From NCBI RefSeq assembly GCF_003918875.1, contig NW_025766780.1, positions 930,001 through 994,000 on the forward strand: a DNA stretch of 64,000 nt. The letters are read 5' to 3'. The notes under the pieces were generated by a model. The model was not told the DNA's origin. It made no database searches and saw nothing but the letters and a program-made list of their open reading frames with translations. Shown in pieces: positions 13,282 to 25,250 of this stretch (positions are counted from its first letter, which is position 1; every line of letters starts with the position of its first letter). The translations under genes and the position numbers were made by a program. The stretch comes from Haliotis rubra. Lineage: Eukaryota.

Positions 13282-16200
13282 GTGGCCCCCAAATTTTGTC
13301 ACAAAATTTGAAACAATTGACGAAGAAATTCTTAATTTCAAACTACAAGTCTTTCATTTTGAATCAAAAGACAACTGAAAATTTCAGCTTTTAGTCTCTG
13401 AGCTGATACTTGAAAAAAAGAAAACTCTTTAGTCATGTATGTCATCTTGACATTATTACGAGGTCATCTCAACATTGATAGTCTTTCAGCATTTCAGTCA
13501 CTCATTGTCCAGATCTGGCAGCTTTACCAATCTGGATACTGGTCTCCGATAATCTTGTTTCCCTACTCGTATCTCAGGATTCATTGCAGTGAATGCATCG
13601 TGAAGTTCGCTCTCTCCACCGTTAAAGTTTGTGCCACAGTCTGAGAGTAGCTCATATGGTTTCCCATGATGTGCGATGAATCTTCTCACTGCCATCAGGA
13701 AAGCGTCCGAGTCCATACTTTCCAGGAGATCAAGATAAACTGCCCTAGTTGTCATACATTTAAAGATTACTCTCCATCTGTTATCCTGACGACGACCCAG
13801 TTTTATCCTCATAGGCCCCAAGCAGTCAACTCCAGTGGAGTAAAACGGCTGGTTAATGTAGGCGAAGTCTCGCTATTGGCAAATCTGCCATCTTGGGCAA
13901 CTTTGGGCTTGCTCGTAGCTTCTGGCATTCCTTGCACTTCCTTTGGTGTTTCCTGAATGCTTCTCGACCTCGAAGGATCCACACCTTTCTGCGTAGTTCT
14001 GCAAGTAGTCTTTCAGGCCCGTAATGGTGAAGTCTATCATCAAAGTCCTTGTGATTTGGGTCTAACACAACTGGATGCTTGGCATTTTCTGGTATTTCTT
14101 CTGCTAGCCTCAGTCTGCCGCCTACTCTGATAATATCATTCTCCGCATCATACTCTGGTGCCAATTCTATCAACCTGCTCATTGAGAGAATAGATTTTCC
14201 TGACCTCAGTGCTACTAGTTCCTGTGGAAAACTCTCTTCCTGTACCTTACGTAATACCACAGTTTCGGCAAGTTCCACACAGTCCACTGTGACTTGTGTG
14301 GCATCAACAGCCGCCCCATCAAGGCAATGTGCAGTTGCTTTGACTAATGACTCAAATGTAGAGTGCTTCGAAAAGTCTGGTAGGTTCACAACTCTTGCTT
14401 GACACAAAACTGTCTTTCTCAGTTCTGTTTCAGACTTCATGGTGATTTTATCACTTGAAGTAGGAGGATATGAGGGCCACTGATCAGAGGAACCCAGGAG
14501 GAAGAACGGACCACTTCTCCATCTGGAATCAACGCACAGTTCATGTAGGAATTTACCTCTTGTGATGTCATCGGCTGGGTTTTCTTTTGTGTAGATATAG
14601 GACCAATTGTCAACTGGAGTCAATGACTGGATCTCGGTGACACGAGTACCAACATACACCTTATAGCGACAGGAGTCAGACTGTAACCATTTGAGAACTG
14701 TTGTAGAATCACTCCAGAGGTAGGTATCACTGATAGGTAGGTTCAGTTCCTTGCTTAATGTATCAGCAAGTTCGGCTCCAGTCAGAGCTGCACACAGCTC
14801 CAGTCTTGGCATTGAGATCTGCTTCATAGGAGCAACACGGCTCCGTGCAGCTACAAAGCTCAGGCAGGCATCATCATTTGGTTCTCCATTGCTGATCTCA
14901 TCTTCCCAGGTTCTCTTGGATTTCCACATGTCTTTGATCAATACCTTGGCACGGGCAATGAAAGGTGTCAGGTATCCAATGGGATCATATTGGGTGGCAA
15001 GTACTTGATATACTGCTTACATGTTCAGTGTGTCATAGGAGACAGACTGGTATTTGTAGGACATGAATCAGAGTCACATTTCAAACAGAGGCCAAGAGCA
15101 GCTTCATCTGCATTATCCTGATTCAGGGTCGACCAGAGTTCGAAAGAGGTTGATTTAGCCTCGCCAGGCAGGTCAGCTAACACTTCAGGTACATTGGATG
15201 CCCATTGGTGGATGTTGAATCCACCTTCTTGTAAAACACGTCTCAGATTTGTGACCAGTTCTTTTGCTTTCACTGGATCTGTTAAACTGTCAAGACAGTT
15301 GTCGACATAAATGGCTTCCTTCACACACCTGGTGACTTCTGGGAATTGTTCTTGTGCGGTGATGGCGTGCTTCAGCAGTGTGCAGGACTGCAAGTGGTAC
15401 GAATGGCAAAACTTGCCACTGGTATATGGTAGGTTCAATGTCAGTATTCATGTGTCGCCAAATGAATCTCAGTAATGGCTGGTCTTTAGGCAGGAGTCGA
15501 ACTTGGTGAAACATAGCTTTTATGTCACCTGAGATAGCAATCTTGTTTCTTTGGAATCTCAACAACACACCTAGTAGAGAAGATCCAAGAGTGGGGCCTG
15601 GTATCAGTTGCTTGATAAGAACAATTGAAAACGAGACGAGATTTCCCATTATGCTCCACAAAATGTGGTGTGGAATGAACCATGATTCCTCAGACTTATT
15701 TGCTTCGTCCTCGCTGATCGCTCTGACGTAGTTGGAATTGACAAGTTTCTGGATCTCATTGTTGTGAATTGTGGACAATTCTGGTTTGCTCAAATGGAGT
15801 TTTTCTGTTTGTTTCAGGCTTGACATCACAGCTTCTTTGCCTTCATGAAGGGTAGCAGCATTGTTCCGTCGAGAAGTAGTGGAGTGGCATAGTGGATCTC
15901 ATTATCAACTGTCATTTTGACTGTTTCACTATCCAGGATAGACAAGGCCTGTTTGTCCTCCTTTGACCTAATGACCTGCTTGCCTGAATAGGGTAATGTA
16001 TCCATTTTCCACAGATTCTCAACATGATGCATCAATTTCTCACTGTCCCTGGGCAGGCTTGTGAGAAAACAAGTAGTATGGGCGTTACTGACTGGCAACT
16101 GAGTGGGTCCCTGTGCTGCGCATCCAAACTTTTTACGCACTGAGACCGGTGTGCCTGGAGGGCCAAACTTGACCGGCTCAACTGGAAGAATGAGGTTGGC

Positions 16201-18480
16201 ATTATCAGAGCCAATTAGAATGGTTGGACATACATTGTGTATGTCGGGAAGGGCTGAACCTTGGAGATGAGGGTACTCTCTTTGAAGAGAATCAACATCA
16301 TAGGAGTATTCAGACAGTGCATTATGGGCAGAAGTAAACGCACCTCGAATTGTGAATCTCTCATTTGGCTGATCAAGCGGGGAAATGTCAAACCCACAGA
16401 ATGGCCATGGCAGTCAAAATTTCCACGACGGATTGTATACAGACGAATGCTGGCTGGTGACCTTGATAACTCAAGCTGATTTGTTGTAGACGAAATAATC
16501 ATTGTCCTCATGGACCCTTCGTCAAGAATAGCATAAGTCTGAAAACTGCAGGTAGGACCATGGAGAATGACTGGTACTATTTTCAGTATGATGCTTTCTG
16601 GATTGGTTGGCTGATCCACAAAAAGTTGCTTGACTTTGATATGCTGGAAACTCTCTTTGATGTGATTGTTTGCATCATGTAGTATGGTGAGGTCAAGTTT
16701 GTTACATTTCATGCACAACTTCTTCAGGTTACACTGTTTAGCAGTATGAGCTCGTCCACAGTTCCAACACCTGCGTTTATCTCTCATCCAGTTGACAACT
16801 TCGATCACGGACAGTTTCTGGAAGTCCGAGCATGTGCTAATGTGATGCTGTTTGTTGCAGTAAGCACAATATCCTGTTCGTTGGTTCCCTCTTGCTCCAT
16901 CACTGTTATGGGTAGCCTGTTGATCTAACTTGGAGGTATTTGAGTTGTAGACTGAGGTGGGCATTTGTGGTAACTCCCCTTCATTACTGGAGTCAATGTA
17001 TCTCGTACAGGCTTTGGGGCTTGATACAAACTGGCTGCCTTATGACCAATTTTCTTGGCCCGAGCTGTCAGCTTCAACAAATCCGAGAAGTGAAGAAGAT
17101 TGTAGGTCCTGTCTTTATCCCGACTCAGAATACCCTTGTTCAGGAAGTATTCAATAAATCCATCCCGGTTGGTTTGTGGCAGTTTACTCAAAAGACGATC
17201 TACATGCGACCCACATCTAAGTTCAAAACCGTTGTCACCCTCAAGGGAACGAGCATTCCAACAAGTGTATGTACAGAAAGAGCGAGATTTTCAAATGTGT
17301 CAAAGTCATTGTATCTCACAGTAGGAAGGTTCATGATCATGGCTAGTTCACTTTGGACCAACTGTCTTGGCTGACCATACGTTTCTTTTAGAGCTTGCAT
17401 AGCACTAGTGTAGGGCTTCAAGTCATACAAGAAAGCCTCGGCAAGGCGCCTTGGAGAACCACCCAATCTATCCAGCAACACCTGAAACTTAAACTGCTCT
17501 GACAAATGGACGTGGCTATCTACAATACTGTCAAAAGCCATCTTGAGGATAGCAAAGTCTCTCTCCTTACCATTAAAAAACGATGGCAGTGTAGGCTGGG
17601 GGATTCCGTAGGATGAGGAAACCAATCGTTCTGTCATGTAATGTTGATTAGGAGGCTGTGGCTCTTGGTGAGAAAGAAAGCTTTGTTGAGTATTGGAGTC
17701 AAACCTTGGGGAACGTGTCACATGCTGGACTTGAGGAAGCAAACCAGAATTAGATGGCAAATCGTCAGGTGTATGAGTGTAATTGTCATCAAATCCAGTT
17801 TGGGTTCCAAGTTGAGGATTGATCTTATTACTCAATTCATTATCTGGAAGTAAGGATGTAAACACTGCTGCGTTTGGGTCCAGCAGAGACTCATGAGACA
17901 AGAGCTCAGTTTTAGGTGTCACAATGGCAGGGTTATGATTAAGCAACTGATCAACCAGTTCTACTTCTGCTAACATCCTCTCTTCTTGACGTACCTGCCT
18001 CTTACGGGAGACTTCAATCTGAAAGCGCTCTCTTGCTTTCAAAGCTTTCCTTTCTTGCATCTGTGCCTGAATTCATGCATGAATTATATCTTCCTCTGCC
18101 CTCTTTTGTACCTCAAAAGCCTCATCTTCTACTCTAGCTATCAAAAAATCTAAGTGTCTATCTTCACTCTGCCTACGTTTCAACTCCTCTAATTCAGCAC
18201 GTTTCCTTAATTTCTCAAGTTTTGCAGTTTGCTTTCCTGATAGACTATTATTACAGTGGTAAGACTGCTTGAAGAGTGTTTACTCACATTTGAACTTCCA
18301 GACCGATGTGAAGACTGAGATTTCCTTGACACTCTAGTTGACTTCTGTGATATTAGACTGAGTCCTCCTACTGCTCCTAAATCCTCTTCCAATGTTCCAG
18401 TATGAACACTCTTGTCCTTATTTACATCCTCTGTGTTAGGGATAGGCAAAGTTTCACACACATTGTCCTGAAGATAGGAT

Positions 18481-18647
18481 AGGTGTCACACACACCCTCA
18501 CTCAAGAGCACATGTTGTACAGCTCACATGGCATCAGATACAAAAGTCGGATTCAAGGGTGGAAGGTTTAGTCCCTACAGTTACTGGGTGGATTATGAAA
18601 GGGTATCATGGAGCGGAATCGGATTCACAAATTACTTCTCTTTAATA
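18481..18647 (-). repeat. BEL/Pao LTR, 5' copy (truncated)
   Basis: Direct repeat of 13114-13281 with a few substitutions; no PBS follows it. Confidence 0.85.
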
Positions 18648-19019
18648 AAAGTAGTTTGTGGATTGACGTAATTTGCATAGTTATCAGATTTGGATACCAT
18701 GTTTATCAGATTGCTTTATTGCACCTATAACAACATCCATTAGATGATAAATAAATATATCCTACCCTGTCCCCACTAAACGGAAAGGCCTATAAAGGCA
18801 AACTGCAATAAAGAAAGGCAACTGAGGGATATCCCGCACACGCCATCTTGGAAAACTCCTGATTTACCATGGCGAAGTACGGACAAAGTTACAACATTTT
18901 ATGAATGAAAATTCATCAAAAACACAAAATATACAGTTCAATCAAGAAGGAAGGAAAGGTTTCTCACTCATTGTCTTCAAACCATACATACAGTATTTGA
19001 AGGTTTCTCACTCATTGGT

Positions 19020-20630
19020 GGGACCTTCTGATGGGTATACAATGTGACCATGGACCTGATGGGTATACAGCATGTGAAAGTATGGAGTGCACTGGGTATA
19101 CACTGGTGCATGGGACCATGTAACTGACAACCAATACCTGATGGGTATACACTGGCTGCATGGGAGAACTGACAACCAATACCTGATGGGTATACACTGG
19201 CTGCATGGGACCATGGGTGATGTAACTGACAACCAATACCTGATGGGTATACACTGGCTGCATGGGACCATGTAACTGACAACCAATACCTGATGGGTAT
19301 ACACTGGCTGCATGTGACCTGTAACTGACAACCAATACCTGATGGGTAACACTGGCTGCATGGGACCATGGGATGGGTATACACTGGCTGCATGGGACCA
19401 TGTAACTGGCAACCAATACCTGATGGGTATACACATGGGACCATGTAACTGACAACCAATACCTGATGGGACTGGCTGCATGTATACCTGATGGGACTGG
19501 CTGCATGGGACCATGTAACTGACAACCAATACCTGATGGGTATACACTGGCTGCATGGGACCATGTAACTGACAACCAATACCTGATGGGTATACACCTG
19601 ATGGGTATACACTGGCTGGACCATGTAACTGCTGATGGGTATACACTGGCTGCATGGGACCATGTAACTGACAACCAATACCTGATGGGTATACACTGGC
19701 TGCATGGGACCATGTAACTGACAACCATACTGATGGGTATACACTGGCTGATGGGACCATGTAACTGACAAACAATACCACTGGCTGCATGGGACCATGT
19801 AACTGACAACCAATACCAATACCTGGCCTGTATACATGGCTGCATGGGACCATGTAACTGACAACCAATACCTGATGGGTATACACTGGCTGCATGGGAC
19901 CATGTAACTGACAACCAATACCTGATGGGTATACACTGGCTGCATGGGACCATGTAACTGACAACCAATACCTGATGGGTATACACTGGCTGCATGGGAC
20001 CATGTAACTGACAAACAATACCTGATGGGTATACACTGGCTGCATGGGACCATGTAACTGACAACCAATACCTGATGGGTATACACTGGCTGCATGGGAC
20101 CATGTAACTGACAACCAATACCTGATGGGTATACACTGGCTGCATGGGACCATGTAACTGACAACCAATACCTGATGGGTATACACTGGCTGCATGGGAC
20201 CATGTAACTGACAACCAATACCTGATGGGTATACACTGGCTGCATGGGACCATGTAACTGACAACCAATACCTGATGGGTATACACTGGCTGCATGGGAC
20301 CATGTAACTGACAACCAATACCTGATGGGTATACACTGGCTGCTGGGACCATGTAACTGACAACCAATACCTGATGGGTATACACTGGCTGCATGGGACC
20401 ATGTAACTGACAACCAATACCTGATGGGTATACACTGGCTGCATGGGACCATGTAACTGACAACCAGTACCTGATGGGTATACACTGGCTGCATGTGACC
20501 ATGTAACTGACAACCAGACCATGTAACTGACAACCAGTACCTGATGGGTATACACTGGCTGCATGGGACCATGTAACTGACAACCAATACCTGATGAGTA
20601 TACACTGGCTGCATATCATCATGCAGCTGA
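19020..20630. repeat. 50-bp tandem satellite, right block (about 30 units)
   Basis: Same unit as 9469-9842. Very homogeneous at 19840-20480, with fragmented units at 19020-19840. Confidence 0.97.
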
Positions 20631-20654
20631 CTTCAAATACTCTCACAGGTACAG

Positions 20655-21280
20655 CTGAGACCGGACATCAATCTTCTTGTGCTTCTGTGCTACAATGGAG
20701 ACATTTGCACAGGCCAACGAAACAGCTTTTTAGAAAAAGCATCTGTAGAACATGAAATGCATCAAGCAAAAACGTGTTCCTGGAATATATTGATTACTAC
20801 CAAGTGTTCATGGCAAAGCATGATGTCACACATCATCTCATTCACAAAACCTAAAGGTGACCCTGATTTCAGGCACCAAGCTGAAGTATTTTCCTGAAAG
20901 GCATCAAAGAAGGAGTATGACAAAGCATATGTCCTTCTACAAAATGATAATCCTGGGGAAGACATGGATCTATTGAAGTGCAGTAAATTTTGCAACAAAG
21001 TCATGACTAACACCTCATTTAGCCACATTCATGTCTTACCACCACTAGCAGCAGCCAAACACCACTGTCAGCATGTTTTCTTGCAAGTGCAGTAGTGGAT
21101 AGGGCTAGATTGGGGAATTGATTCCACGTGATTGGGGAGTGGGTGACAAACTTCAGTCTATCCTACCCACATGCCTTTGGCACCAGAGAAACTACTGAAG
21201 ATCATTAGATGTAACTGTAAAACAGACCGTTAATGCTTCAACTACCAGAAACATGGTCAGTTTGATGTAGAGACTGTCAG
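20655..21280 (+). pseudogene. Relic of an AcademX transposase C-terminal region
   Basis: DINLLVLLCY; KFCNKV...HVLPP..AAAKHH..HVFLQVQ*W; PLAPEKLLKIIRCNCKT. These parallel the C-terminus of the 57442-59097 protein. Confidence 0.65.
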
Positions 21281-22013
21281 TGAGAGCATCAACTCTTCTT
21301 ATTCATCTTCTGTTAATCTGCTGACCTTCTAGGTGAAACATAAAATGACAAAAGAAAATGAACAAAGGTTGAACAAATCATGATTAATTAAAATCAGAAC
21401 AGAAAACAGTTTCAAATGATAAAGAAAACATACAGGACGCAGGCTTCAAATGCTGACTTTTAGAACAAACAGGGTTCGCCACTCATTTGTTCCAGTATGA
21501 GTATTAGACGTTTAAATAACAAATTCAATGAACGACTTTGTATGTCTAATTTCAACATAGAATGTCTAGTCAATACAAATGTTTTGTGTACTAAATTGAT
21601 CTATAAATATGTCCTGACTATTTTATACAAATAATTTTAGGATTATCATTTATAATTTTATATATAGCTGCTTTTTTATTGTAAACACTGGAGAACTATG
21701 TATGATGCAAAAACATTTCCCTTGGGATAATAAAGAAATTTGTTTATCTTACCTTATCATATCTCAAGGGTGTGTCAAGGGAAACCTAATTTTAAAAATG
21801 TTCTTCATACTGAATGTTTCTAGACTGGGATATTGTCAGTACGAGAATTCAACTGCTCTCTATGAAAGGTGTGCCTGCATGATGATGTTTGTTTGCGTTA
21901 AACGCAAGGACAAAATTTTGTCATCATGCATCCCCCATCTACCCATGACACCAACGAAGGCCCATGTATTGTAGTTTTTAACACAAAGAAAAATAGCAGC
22001 ATGTCTCATTCAC

Positions 22014-22163
22014 CTGGTTTCTTTTCTTCTTCAACATCAGTATCATATTCATCAGAATCATGGGGTGAGCCCTCTACCCAGTTCTCGAATGAAAGGTGAC
22101 GGGTTCCCTGTGAGACACTTTGTTCCTGAGATGGCTGAGGCCATGATGTCTCTCTTGCTTGCT
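22014..22163 (-). CDS. Putative host-gene internal exon (150 bp, phase 1-1)
   Basis: T-rich tract plus CAG acceptor, AG|GTGAAT donor, and one open frame QARETSWPQPSQEQSVSQGTRHLSFENWVEGSPHDSDEYDTDVEEEKKP. It is in frame with the 60941-61250 exon. Confidence 0.6.
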
Positions 22164-23136
22164 CTGAATGTTGTCAAAAAAATCAAAATTAAAATAACAA
22201 AAGGGGGTTGCATTACAACTTAGATACAAAAGCTCACATAGGTACAATGTTTTGGAGACAAACGGTATCTACTAAGCACAAGTACAGGAATCAGTTTCTT
22301 AAACACCCTCAAGTCGCACCATTTTAGCATCAAATCGACAAACATTCGGTCTATTTTCATGCTTACAGTGGTGCATTAATACTTAACACAATGGTTATTT
22401 GTGATGTGACTGGGATACAGTGTTTACTCATATACAGAGTAACCCACCACTGGTCATACCTATGGATTATCAAGGCGGAGATGAAAAACTAGATAAGATC
22501 AATACTGTAAACATATAAACATAAGTGAAATCAACCAAAGCACAAATTATCAAAGAATTGTAACAAGGAAATTAGTCCATCATAATCTGAACTAAAGTCA
22601 TCACCATGGAATAGCCAAACCAGAACCTGGAATTCTATCTCACAAACATGTTTGATATCAGTTACATCATATGGGTTTGTCACCCACCTGTGAATAACAA
22701 AGGAATGTTGTAATTGAAAACAATGGTCAACAAATGACAACGTGCCAAATTTACACTTCTTCCCGTGGTCCCTGGCTAGTAAAAATTCACCAGGACCACC
22801 AAATGATAAGTTTGCAGTGGTCCTGGTGGCCAGTGAAGTTTGTTTTGATAGTTAGGTAAATCTACAAATGATATTCTGTACCAGTGAAGTTTGTTTGAAA
22901 TTCGCTTTTCTATCATAGCATCTGGTCTAATTGTATTGAGGGAAAATTTACTGAAAAATTACATGCATCGTAAACCTTGCCAGTTTTGACACATTACTAA
23001 ATCATCATTCACTGCGTTTTACATAATTTAGTCATAATTTTAATGTTGTTTTTGTTGTTGTTTGATCTAATCACCAAGTCGTTCTGAAACATTGTTGATG
23101 AACTGAGAATCGCTGAGAATGTTTTGGAAAATATGC

Positions 23137-25250
23137 AACTACGAACATCGAGCCTGGCCGTCATGCTCACGGAGTCCAATACTATTCCGAGGTACTCCAA
23201 CTGACATGCCAATCCAAGTCTTACTCTCAGATAATGGTACCTGCAACTTGGAGAAAACAGTCTGTAGAGTGTTCATGGTCATAGTGGCTGAATACGTAGG
23301 CCGGTTGATGGTGAGGAAGTTGTCCACTAATGAATGAATGAATCTCACGTAGATATCTTTCAGAATCCACTCAATACCTTGTGATATGTGATCGATGATA
23401 CGAGGACTGGACCAACATCCAAAGGCTAGTCTTTTAAAGAAATAATAGTGACCGTCCCATTTAAATCCAAACAAAGGCCAGTTGTTTGGATGGAGTGAAA
23501 CTTGTTTGAAGGCATCCTTAATGTCTTCTTTGCACATTTGGACACCTTTACCGACTCTGTATAACTCCTTAATAGCATCAAGTGGCACATATGTTCATGT
23601 GCACATATCCTTGTAGCAGTCCGTTCACCACATAGTCGCTGAATTGTCTATCCGGATGGTGCTCCAAATCTCTCTTGAACTGGCTTGCATTTAAAGGCGT
23701 CAGTGGATGTCACTTCCTCACATTGGTTTGCCTCTTGTCATTTAAATGTGTGACTTTCTTACAGTCCATCTTACCATGGCCTTTGGTAAAGCATGAAGTG
23801 CATACGTGTAAGAAGGTACAGCTTGGTCGCATGCAGCCGTCGTTGTTATATAGTTGTTGCACACTTCCTGCCCTTGATATTGTATCCTCATATGTCCATG
23901 AGAATCAGGGTTAGTGTTCTTCCTTGCAGTTTGTCCATACAGAGATCAGTGTCCTGCACCGTCATTGCAGGGCATGTAGCGGCATCATGGCTTAGCATGC
24001 CGCACTTGTCACAGGACTGACAACGTAGACCCGATGTACACATTGTATGGATGCGGGTGTGTGGAATCCCCCAGTTGATATGGGTACCCCTCTCAGCCAA
24101 TGCAGCCACTCGTGCCGCGAATTGTTTGTGGTACTCATAATGTACGAAACTGCCATAAAGTTTGTACAATTCCCTGACTGTGTGTTCCTGCTGGTCCAAA
24201 TGCTGACGCCGATTTGGCCATGCCTCACAAAAACACATCCTTAAAAATCTTGAACGCTCTGGTAAATTCTGCAAAGTTGAGGTTCCTTTGCAGTCTAAGG
24301 TCTGCTTTCTAGCTCCTACAATCACTGAGAAGCTCATCAACAACTCTGTAATCTCCTGTTTCCTGTGTAGGTAGCAGGAGTGTAGCAAGGTTGATATATT
24401 TACCTTGGTGGATCTTCCCTCTGGTAGTTTCGTCCACAATGTTGACATAAGGGACAGTGGTGGCCATCGGAGCAGCTACCGGTGGTGGCTGCTCCGATGG
24501 CCCAGAAATGTCGGTTCCTCTTGAAGTGCATGCCAGCTGTTGTGAAAGGGAAGAAATCAGGTCCTTCATCTCTCTCATCACCCCTACCATATCAGCTGCC
24601 GATGTTGGGAGGGTGTTGAGTACAAGGCACAGCCACCTGTTGAATGCCCCTGTCGGGGGAGGGTAAAGGAACCATCTCGCTATGCTCTGGTGTTTGTCGT
24701 TATTCTCGTTGTAGAGTTGTAAAAGTACCTTCCGTTCCGTTTACACCAATGTCAAACAGTTTCTGTCGCAAGACGGCTGTTGTTAGATAGGGGGAACTTC
24801 TGTTTGACCTCCGTCTCTCGATGCTGGGTCCAACATGGCGATCCCCACCATTATCTAGTGTTCGTGATCGCCTTCGAGTGTGTCTGGTGGCCATGATCGT
24901 GAGCCCTGACAGCTTCTCTGCTTGAAAACTGGATTGGATGATAAGCTGGTAACTCGATGACAGAGGATTGAGTTTTGGAATATCGCTGTGCTTACTACGC
25001 ACGTTTGGAGAAGAAGGCATTTACGGAATTGTGGGATGTAAACAACGAGTGCGCATGGCCGGATGTACTTACAGGAATGTTGCGCATAATAGAATGTACC
25101 AGTAGGGGAGATGACGATGCCAGACAAGCAAGGCAATAAAAGTGGTAAATGTATCATGGGCCAAAAGGGGTTACAAGAAACCAATACTAGATTGAAGATT
25201 GGTAGTAAGACGTTTATGTTTGCACAAACAAAAATATAAATTATCATTTT
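23137..25250 (-). mobile_element. Ngaro-like tyrosine-recombinase retrotransposon relic (gag and RT)
   Basis: RT: KEDIKDAFKQV...RLAFGCWSSP...LEYLGIVLDS. ORF1: KIHQGKYINLATLL, YEYHKQF, CDKCGMLSHDAATC. The 3' part is absent. Confidence 0.75.

Larger units (their letters stand above)
13027..18647 (-). mobile_element. BEL/Pao LTR retrotransposon, decayed
   Basis: Minus-strand order: gag (17200-18060), Zn knuckles and protease YAILDEGS (16215-16964), RT DIKAMFHQV/YVDNCL, Pao RNase H PRLELCAA...WSDS (13853-14941), integrase FKCMTTRAVYL...SDCGTNF. Many frameshifts. The left boundary at 13027 is tentative. Confidence 0.92.
9843..18960 (-). mobile_element. Internally deleted DIRS (family B), interrupted by the BEL/Pao element
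   Basis: 3' ITR with its complementary ICR (9843-10215), YR C-terminus (SKQTISRWL...GLKAHSVRAGATS, 10447-10704) and gag (CNKCRTSFPLWDGHNLCLRCL, 12183-12368). No RT is visible. 18840-18960 resembles the 5' UTR of the related copy at ~47135-47255, so the right boundary is approximate. Confidence 0.75.

Noticed and set aside
19020-20630. CRISPR-like array
   Set aside because: The units are head-to-tail with no unique spacers, no cas genes are present and the context is eukaryotic.
18977-20646. Three 518-545 aa ORFs as real genes
   Set aside because: They are fully explained by a stop-free 50-bp satellite unit; the same applies to 9448-9919.
22755-22900. Short inverted and direct repeats (GTGGTCC / GGACCAC, CCAGTGAAGTTTGTTT twice)
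   Set aside because: Probably a MITE end, but no paired TIR or TSD could be defined.
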